A stretch of DNA of 64,000 nucleotides from Octopus vulgaris (lineage: Eukaryota): contig OX597819.1 of assembly GCA_951406725.2 (NCBI GenBank), positions 64,604,001-64,668,000 on the forward strand, given 5' to 3'. The stretch's first letter is position 1, and the number at the start of each line of letters is the position of its first letter. The notes under the pieces were generated by a model. It was not told the DNA's origin, did not search any database, and was given only the letters and a program-made list of their open reading frames with translations. Positions 53,830-64,000 of this stretch are shown here, in pieces. Both the position numbers and the translations under genes were made by a program.

Positions 53830-54419
53830 ACAATCATCTGAAATGGAAATGTCAATGTGCGAAATTCGAGCACCGTTGCTATTCGACTTCAAAAAATGGA
53901 CGTAAAGCAGCTGAAACGGGTCGCGATATCAACGGACGTTTGGTGAGGAAATGGCCAATGAGTGGTCAGCTCGAAAATGGTTTTAAATATTTCGCAGTGG
54001 AGACTTGAGCCTTGAAGATCGTGAGCGTATGGATGTGCATCTGTCATAAATAACTGTCATTCAAAGGCAGTCAGTGAGAAAGATCCATGTAAAACCATTA
54101 ATGAACTGGTAAAAGAACTTCAAGTTAGCCAGATATCTGCCTGCAACTGCTTGCATGCGATCCGAAACTGAAAAAATCTCGACACATGTATACCACACGA
54201 TTTAAAAGAAAATAAGAAAATGTGCTGTATGAAATTTGCTCGTCGTTTCTTTTTCTCTGTAAACAGACATATACATTCCATTACCATATTGTAACTTGCG
54301 ATAAAACGTCGATTCTGTACAGTAAAAAAAAAAAAAACCTTGTTCGACCAAAGTGAAGTTGCGAAAACCTTCCCTAAACCCGAGCTCTTCAAAGAGAAGA
54401 TTATGCTGGCTGTTTGGTG

Positions 54420-54420
<1 letters not shown>
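53830..54420 (+). mobile_element. Decayed mariner N-terminal half, broken off by a Penelope-like insertion
   Basis: RKWF*IFRSGDLSLED, IPHDL, IVTCDKTSILY, KIMLAVW*. Confidence 0.75.
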
Positions 54421-55236
<816 letters not shown>

Positions 55237-55292
55237 CATACACATATTCATAATTAGATAGACATCCAGAGATTCATACACTTAAACACGCT

Positions 55293-55326
<34 letters not shown>

Positions 55327-56579
55327 ACGATGTGTGTGTGTGTGTGCGTGTTTGTGTGTGTGCGTGCGTATCTCGATATATACAGAAAATTCATAAAACT
55401 AAAGAATCAATCATAGCTTATAAGACGTCTGCACACAGTGCTTAAAGTTTCCCCGACCGTCTGATATATAATTACGCGCAGCTGTTGCAGGACCTGCATG
55501 TGGCACCTAATTATAAATCAGTTCACTTGACAATTTAACAACTAGGAGGAAAATGTTTCCCTCGCATCATCAGAGACTATTTGGACTTCTGAAACTATAT
55601 TCTTCATAGAATATAGAAGCGATCCTGTTTACTCTCGACGTGGAGAGACTCTACACAAATATCCTTCATAGTTTAGGATAAGAAGCAATAGAAGTCTAGC
55701 ACGCAAATATCCAGAATTCGGCTACTTTGTAGTTTGAACACCGGTTATAAGATAGCGGAACCAATGCCGCAATGGCATTTATTTCGATATTCCACCGGCT
55801 TTCTCAATCCACAAAGACACATACACAATCAGAAGCAGATTTTATTTTCTAGTTTTGTCTATATCCATATGATAGATTTCATACCTTATTTGTGAAGACG
55901 CAAATGTGTATAGGGTAGTAGGAGGTAAGCGTCTCAATGTCTAGAATTTAATGATGTAGTTAAGAAAATAGATTATATATAAGAGAAGTAGGTGTTGTGA
56001 TTTCGCAGGTGCAATTCTATATGAACTGTTATTTTAAAACTGAAGTGAAGCTAAAATCAGCATCTCTCCTGAAAATATGACCATTACAACGTTCTCATGT
56101 TTATGATTGTAATAAATGACATTGTTTTAGAAATTAAGGTAGAATCTTTAGAATGTCGGAGAAAACATTATAGATTGTCTTCCGGCGCTTAGTTAAAATA
56201 CCATCCCTTATTTATTTGGAGTCGATTAAAAAAACTCCCAGTGAAGGACGGGGGCGATGGTATTGACTAAATCATTTCATTGAAAAGGAAGACGTTGGTC
56301 TTCTGTTTATCCTAGATATGACTACGTTAGATTGTATTATAAACCAGCAGACACTGTTTTCTATTGAACAATTTAATTACATAATAAAAACATGATTGTT
56401 CGATTCTCGTTTCAATTTTAATGCTATTATAACTGGGATTACATCGGCTACGACGACAAATGTAATGAAAATATAAGTGCCTGAGCGTCGCACAGACACG
56501 TGTATTCGTAACGTAGGAGTAACTTGAAGAAAAATGAAACCGGTGTGGTACCTAACAATCTTTTAGAAATTGTCACTTT

Positions 56580-57250
56580 ACAGGGTGTTCAGGCTAAACT
56601 TCATAGTCTGCATAAACCGTAAAAAAATAATAAATGGCATCCAAAACTAAAAATACTAAAAAAAATTAGAAATATAAACTAAATTAAGGTTGGAAGATAA
56701 CAATCTACTCAATGTAGCCGCCTTCAGCTTCCACCACGGTCTCAAGACAATTTTATAACATGGCGCATGTATTTCTCAATGTGTCCCTCAGAAGATCTAA
56801 GAACATCGCGTTGATCTTGTTATCCACCAGCTCAAACTTAATGCTGCAGTTAGAGCAACACCGTCTCACTCAACCGCGGCCCAAGCGCAGTATTCCATGG
56901 CATTAAAATCAAGGCTACTAAGGGATCAGAGATTGGGTCTAGTGAAGTCAAACAAACTATTCGACAACTATTCCTAACTCTTCTCTGGCATATGGTAAGC
57001 AGCCAAATCCTGCTGCAACAAATATAGCCTTCCAGCAACAACCAACGCCTGCCAGTATTTGACCACAGTCTCGAGCTGCTTTGCATAGCAATCTGAAATG
57101 CGCTTAGTCCCTGTTAAAATATGTGGGAAGCATAATGTCAACCACACTGGAGAGGGTACACATTAAAACAACCACAGTTTCGGAGAACTTGATTTTTAAT
57201 GATGTCCTTGTCAGTTCTAACAGCATTTACATGGTTAACAGAGAATTTAG
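56580..57250 (-). mobile_element. Decayed Tc1/mariner-superfamily fragment
   Basis: TA|CAGGGTGTTC terminus. Minus-strand SLSSLDFNAMEYCAW (SPDLNPMD-like), YICCSRIW/LQQD region, C-terminal VVEAEGGYIE*. Confidence 0.6.
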
Positions 57251-57296
57251 TAGCAGCTATGATGCTGGCGTTTTGATACCCGGAGCGAAACATCAT

Positions 57297-57332
<36 letters not shown>

Positions 57333-57662
57333 TATATACCACTATTCCAACATTTAGATGGCTTCCAGCCCAACATGTCAGCTCATATTTTCTCGACTAT
57401 AACTTTAATCTTTCAGCTATACAACGCTGTTGGCTGGTTACTGATAAATCAAACTTTACTTGAAAAAAAAGAAACAAGAAAAAGAACGAGTGACAGAAAA
57501 TCTTATATATAGCCTTAATATCCTGCAGTTCTCGGTCTGACAGAAGAAAGATTTGAATACATGTTCACAATTTCAATAAGAAAGTAAGCTTAGTATCATA
57601 GATGTTTTTCTCTTGCACATACCAGTGACTAAACAACACACTATTCATAGAATGGAGGGCAA

Positions 57663-57697
<35 letters not shown>

Positions 57698-57997
57698 TTT
57701 CGTCGTTGCTTGTCAAAACCTGTAAACATTACCTTTTGCGCTCTGACCGATAGTTTACTTGCTTCTCTGTGGGTAACAGATATATGGATAGTAAAGCGGA
57801 GAAATTACAATATGTGTGGACAGCAACGCATATAGTAAACATTTAGAACTGACATTAACGCAGTAGAGCGTTCCACTTCTACGATATGAGTTGTAAAATT
57901 GGTTAGTATGGTGCTCGATTGGACTACATGAGAATTGATTTAGACGTAGAGATACGGATGATAATAGAATTAGAATGTAGATTATATATACAATCAA

Positions 57998-58156
57998 ATG
58001 CATGTGGCTGTGTTGTACGTAGTTTGCTTTCAAGCCACATGGTTCCGGCCAAGTCTCACTGCGTGGGGAATTGAGAAAGTGTCTTCTACTATAGTTTCGG
58101 GTCAACCAAAAACGTGTGAGTGGCTTTGATGGACAGAAACTGAAAGACGCCCATCG

Positions 58157-58235
<79 letters not shown>

Positions 58236-58495
58236 ATATGTGCGTGTGTGTGCTAGTGCAAGTGTGTGTGTGTGCGCGTATGTTTGCGTATCCGTCTTTG
58301 TTCCTCTAAAGTCGCTTCACAACTGATGTTGGTGCGTTTTCGTTCCCTTAACTAAACGGTTCGGCAAGAGACACCGATAGAATAAGCACTAGGATTACAA
58401 ATAATAAGTTCTGGGGTCAATTTGCTCGACTAAAGGCGCTGCTACAGCATGGCCATAGCAATTTCTGAAGTAAGTAATAGGATAAAAGAATAAAC
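57998..58495 (+). mobile_element. SINE, second family, with expanded internal microsatellite
   Basis: ATGTGGCTGTGT...CCACATGGTTCCGG...AAGTGTCTTCTACTATAG...GGTTCGGCAAGAGACACCGATAGAATAAG. Confidence 0.8.
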
Positions 58496-58509
58496 GATTT
58501 TATTATTAT

Positions 58510-58769
<260 letters not shown>

Positions 58770-59732
58770 AAAATACAAATCTATACTTTCAAATTGTTAT
58801 ATACAAAGGATGGAGGTGGAATGAGCGTAGAAATAATCGAAGTATTTTCAGTCTCTTTACATACAATTTCATAAAATTTTTTCAAAATTATATAAGGAGA
58901 ATATAGAACATTACCATTTTCGATGATGAATTTCATGTTATGAAATATAATCAAACATTTTATATAGTGTTCAAGGTGCTAGAAGGAAAGAGAGGAGGGG
59001 AAGTTATATATTGTCTAAAAAATCTCTATGGTTTTCTGCCAAGGGAGTGGCTTAATATCATTTATGGAATGGGTTTTATGTCCAGATGTGCGTGCGCGTG
59101 TGTGTAAGTGTGTGATGTGTGTGCGTGTGTCTGTGTGTGTCTGTGTGTGTGTTATTGTATTGTGCTGAAGGTACTTTTAATATATTTGGAATGTGACCAG
59201 CTGTTTGTTGAGTGTGTATGTTGTGATGAACGTCTTATTAAAGAAAAAATAGAATTTCCCTTTTTTAGGCGTGTGTGTTTGTGTGTGTGAACGCGGGAGT
59301 GTGATGTTTTCTTTTGTATGTGTGAGTGTAGGTGTGTGCTGACGTGTGCGTGTGTTTGTCTGTTTGTGCAGGCATATATATATATATATAAATATATATG
59401 GGAAAAGATAGTATGTATAAAATTGTTTTAAGCATCCGTTCTTATTTATTGGTTGGTGGTGGTTAGCTCTATATTCAATTGTGGTTTATACTTGTTAATA
59501 AATTGACTTTCTTTATTTATATACGTTGTTGAGCCTCAATGCTTTGTTTCTAACACCTCGAAATATATACAAAAAATATTGAAATTTTATTTTTCCTTTA
59601 TATAATTATTAAATCATTTCATTAAATTATTTCAAATTTGATGTCTTAGATTTACCTCTGCGCTATCTCCACCACCATCTATGATATATATATATATACA
59701 TATGAATGTATGCATTCATGTGATATATATAA

Positions 59733-59766
<34 letters not shown>

Positions 59767-60466
59767 ATATATGTACATATGAATGTATATATATATATTA
59801 TATATATAATACATATATATAGATATATCTATACATATACACACATATATAAGTGTATGTATACCTTTGTGTATGTGTACATATATGTATATATATATGC
59901 ATGTATGTATATAGATATATATACATAAATGCTTTTATATATATATATATATACTGGCTACATAATAACGCGCACGCGTGAACATACACATATGTATGAA
60001 TTTATTTTATTTAATATATGTTTGGTATCTACCTTTTCTCTAATGCATCATGTACTCAAGTTGAATCTGTCATGGTAAACACACTAAGTGCTTCTGTTTG
60101 CTTTAATCGGAAAGACATGACATGTGTCCTTGGAAGTATTTAGGCGCTCTTTGACATTGCCGCCACTGGATCTATATAGGTCTGCATCATATAAGTTATC
60201 AGAGAAAAGCTTAAATGTTTCCGGTTGAATCGGAAGAACTCTGTGAGCCAGTGATATTGCTTGCATGTCTAAATAAATAACCGTTGCTTACTTAAATATT
60301 GCTATGAACACGATGTCGTGCAAAAACACGCACGCACACACGTGCACACGTACGCGCTCGCACACACATTTGTATACAATCATTTGCGCTCACATCGTCA
60401 CATGAATATCTATGTATCTATGCATCCATCCATCCATCCATCCATCCATCCATCCATCTGTCTATA

Positions 60467-60506
<40 letters not shown>

Positions 60507-60512
60507 GATCGA

Positions 60513-60567
<55 letters not shown>

Positions 60568-63500
60568 CACGGGTACGTAGAAATTCCGGGGTGGTGTCCG
60601 GCGTGCAGATAGACCACTGGGAGTGAGGCACCCCTTAGCTTTTGTTAAAGCACGTCTCTAGGAGAAGGTCACTCTGCTATAAAACCAGATATGCAGAGAA
60701 TGGCATTGAACATTTTGGGGATCTTTGGTTTGTGCTAGAGATCACGGCTCTCCCACATCCCTGAGCCTGCGACTCATATTGGCACCAGACATCTTGCTCC
60801 GGCTTGTCTCTGTATAATGTCAATAGAGTAGAGAGCGTCTATGGGGTATTGTGCAAGCTTTATTGGACCTAAAACTCTGCACAGACATTGCCGACCTTTT
60901 TTTTTCTCTATATATATCTATCTTAATTTTAGTATATATTTTCTTCATTTTCAGTTTTTTTTTTTATTCTGAAGTCCTGCGGCGATGGGAAGGTGGTGAA
61001 GCATGCAGACCTGACGGGTTGGAAGCATGTAGTCAGCGACCTGCAAGTAGGCGGCCCATGCTAGATATAAAGTCGTCTCCTTGTCGCCCAAGACAACGGT
61101 AGGATTCGGTTGCTGCATGGGTGTCTGAGCAGCTCCATTTGGAGAGGACACTGCTCACCTGGAGACCGGGGAGGTTCTAGAAAAGGTGAACCAAAAATTG
61201 CCTGTCTTTCCATATCTGGTCAGTTTAGCGCGACTGACGGATGTCCACCCTGCGCTCGAAAAACAAAGAGTCTTTTATCTATAAAATCTGGACGGAACTT
61301 AAACATTTCATGTTGGAATGTGCGTACTCTGTTGGACAACAAGAGTGATTGCAGGCCTGAAAGACGCACTGTACTTGTTGCTCGTGAGCTGAACCGTTAT
61401 AAAATTGATATAGCTGCACTCTCAGAGACTCGTATAGAAGGTGATGGTCAGCTTGAGGAAGTAGGAGGCGGATACACCTTTTTTGGAAAGGAAGGCAGAA
61501 GGAGGAGCGCAGAGAGGCTGGTGTTGGTTTTGCAGTCCGATCTGATATCCTGAAGAAATTGGAAGAGCTCCCTGTTCCTATAAATGAACGTATAATGACT
61601 CTAGGGTTGCACTTGAAAGGTAAGCGGTTTGCTACTCTAATAAGTGCCTATGCACCTACTTTGACTAGCTGTGATGAAGATAAAATAATCTTTTATACCC
61701 ATCTGAGAGCCATACATAGAAACATTCCCATTTCTGATAAAGTCATTCTACTGGGGGATTTTAATGCCAGAGTAGGAACAGACTGGCAAACATGGAACTC
61801 TCTAGGACGTTTTGGAGTAGGGAAAATGAATAGCAATGGTCTCATGCTACTGGAGCTTTGCGAAGAACATGGACTTTACATTGCAAGTACTCATTTTGTG
61901 CACAACGGTGATCACACAACAACATGGATGCATCCAAGGTCCAAAGTTTGGCACTTGCTGAATTACGTCATCATCCGCAAGCGCGACATTTATGAGATTT
62001 GTAATGTCAAGTCCTTGCATGGATCAGAATGCTGGACAGACCAGAGTCTGGTGCGAGCAAAGTTCCGAATGGTGATTAGGGCGAAAGAGAGAAGAGGACC
62101 AGTCAGCATTCCTCGCCGTCTAAATGTCCACAAGGTATATGACGTTGTGGTTAGGAATGAGCTTCAGACTCGCTTGTCCAGCATTGAAACTGCTGCAGCA
62201 TGGGAAGATTTTCGAGACCAGGTTGTTCAATGTGCAGCCGAAACACTGGGGTATGTTACTGCCAGACACAGAGAACTGTCTACTGTGCAGCGAAGTCTAG
62301 CACTTGCCCACTATAACAGTGTAAAATCACTACTGGAGCGATCTCTCAGGAAGATGCAGAACACTTAGTGGGAGAATCTTGCTCGTGATGTTCAGGCTGC
62401 TGCTGATTCAAATGACAGCAAGAAGCTTTACCATCTTATGAAGCGAGCTTATGGACCTAAGAGCTCCACATCAGCTCCTTTGCTTTCCAAGGAGTCTTCC
62501 ACTCTGTTTACTAAATCAACAGAAATCACAAGTCGCTGGGTCGAACACTTCTCTGAATTCCTAAACCATGAGTCAGTTGTGGATGAAACAGTGATTGATA
62601 CTATGAAACAAAGACCTATCATTGACTCCTTAGACTCCTCGCCATCAATACATGAAGTAATGACATCAATAAGTAAATTGAATCTTGGTAGGGCACCTGG
62701 AAAGGATGGAATTTGTGCTGAGGTTTTGCGATTTGCTGGTAATTGCATCACACAGTCCCTTCATGAACTTATTAGTGCAGTCTGGAGGGATGTTGCAATC
62801 CCTAAGTACTGGAAGGATGCAAATTTTCTTTCTCTATATAAAGGAAAAGGAGCCAGAACAATGTGTGGTAACTACAGAGGTATTGCTCTACTATCAGCTG
62901 CTGGCAAGGTTCTGGCAAATATTCTTCTTACCCGTCTGAATGGGTGTCTCGTAAATGATGTCCTATCTGAATCTCAATGTGGATTTCGATCTGGTAGAGG
63001 GACAATGGATATGATTTTCACAGCAAGACAGATGCTGGAGAAGTGCTATGAGCAGAATATGGAACTTGACCAGGTATTCATTGATTTGACTAAGGCCTTT
63101 GATACTATAAATAGGGCCTTTCTATGGAAAATACTTGGCAAACTTGGATGTCCGGATCACTTTGTATCTATAATTAAATCATTTCATGATGGGATGGAGG
63201 TTTGGGTCAATGTTGGTGGCGCCATGGCGGGACACATTCCTGTAGAGAATGGTGTCAATCAGGGTGACATCCTTGCCCCGACTCTCTTTTCTTTGCACTT
63301 TGCTGCTGTTTTTACTCATGCTTTTGCTGAGGTTAACTCTCTGGGAATATATGTCAGATATCGATCTTCTGGCCGCCTGTTTAATCTTCGCCGATTTGCT
63401 GCCAATTCAAAGGTGTCCCAGTCTATTATTCGTGACCTCCTTTATGCAGATGACTGTGACTTAGTCACTCATACAGTGGATGACATGCACATACTCATGA

Positions 63501-64000
63501 ATTGCATTTCTGCTTCTTGCAGGGCATTTGGACTCAGCATTAGCCTGGACAAGACTGTTGTAATGTTCCAGCCCGAACCAGGAAATCCATATATAGAACC
63601 AGCTATCTTGGTTGAAGGAACAATTCTGAAGGTAGTAGACAAGTTTGTCTACCTGGGCAGCACACTCAGCCGTTCTTGCTCCCTGGATGAGGAAATATCT
63701 TTCAGGTTGCAGAGAGCAACTAATTCCTTCCGGTTTCTTCAGTCTCGTGTCTGGTCCCAACATGGCATCGCAAAGAGAACAAAAGTTGCTGTGTACCGTG
63801 CTTGTGTACTGACATCGCTTCTCAACTCATGTGAGACATGGACTCTGTACAAATGTCAGGTAAGGATCCTTGAACGTTTTCATCAGAGATGTCTCAGACA
63901 CATTCTCAATGTTGGCTGGACCTCAAAAATTCCAAACACACAGATCCTGAGGACTGCTGATATCTTGAGTATTGAGGCGATGGTACAAAAGCACCGGTTG
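60568..64000 (+). mobile_element. Relatively young RTE-clade LINE with 5' UTR, continuing past the window end
   Basis: Starts after (TA)n. RTE-type UTR motif CTAGGAGAAGG...CTCTG. Followed by an APE + RT ORF. Confidence 0.93.
61290..64000 (+). pseudogene. RTE ORF (apurinic endonuclease + reverse transcriptase), few lesions
   Basis: NISCWNVRTL, DIAALSETR, SAYAPT, LGDFNARVG, WMHPRSK, NYRGIALL, QCGFR, FIDLTKAFDT, QGDILAPTLF, LLYADD (YADD at 63443-63454). Frameshift near 61485, in-frame stop at 62366-62368, then the same frame appears open to the window end. Confidence 0.9.

Noticed and set aside
60084-60266. 60-aa - strand ORF preceded by an acceptor-like TTTAG
   Set aside because: No homology recognised; length is within chance expectation.

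Overview
This is repeat-saturated, AT-rich animal genomic DNA. The tRNA-derived SINE families, retroelement mix and extreme microsatellite density suggest an octopus or other coleoid cephalopod (inference). I find no credible host protein-coding gene, and almost all listed ORFs are microsatellite read-throughs or transposon remnants. The window holds many 5'-truncated R4/Dong retrotransposons embedded in (TAA)n tracts, plus HERO-like, I/Ingi-like, L1/Tx1-like and two RTE LINEs. It also holds several mariner/Tc1 relics (one full length with TIRs) and three SINE families. The main signal is a set of hammerhead ribozyme motifs in small non-coding elements that insert in (TA)n. (i) A 488-bp tandem, retrozyme-like array at 12277-13881 has one type I hammerhead per unit and folds back into a head-to-head palindrome at an internal hairpin. 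(ii) A non-circularly permuted, pseudoknotted hammerhead lies at 10562-10707 (- strand). (iii) Four minimal variant hammerheads sit at the 3' ends of Penelope-like fragments. All family assignments and folds are from manual reading and need computational and biochemical confirmation.
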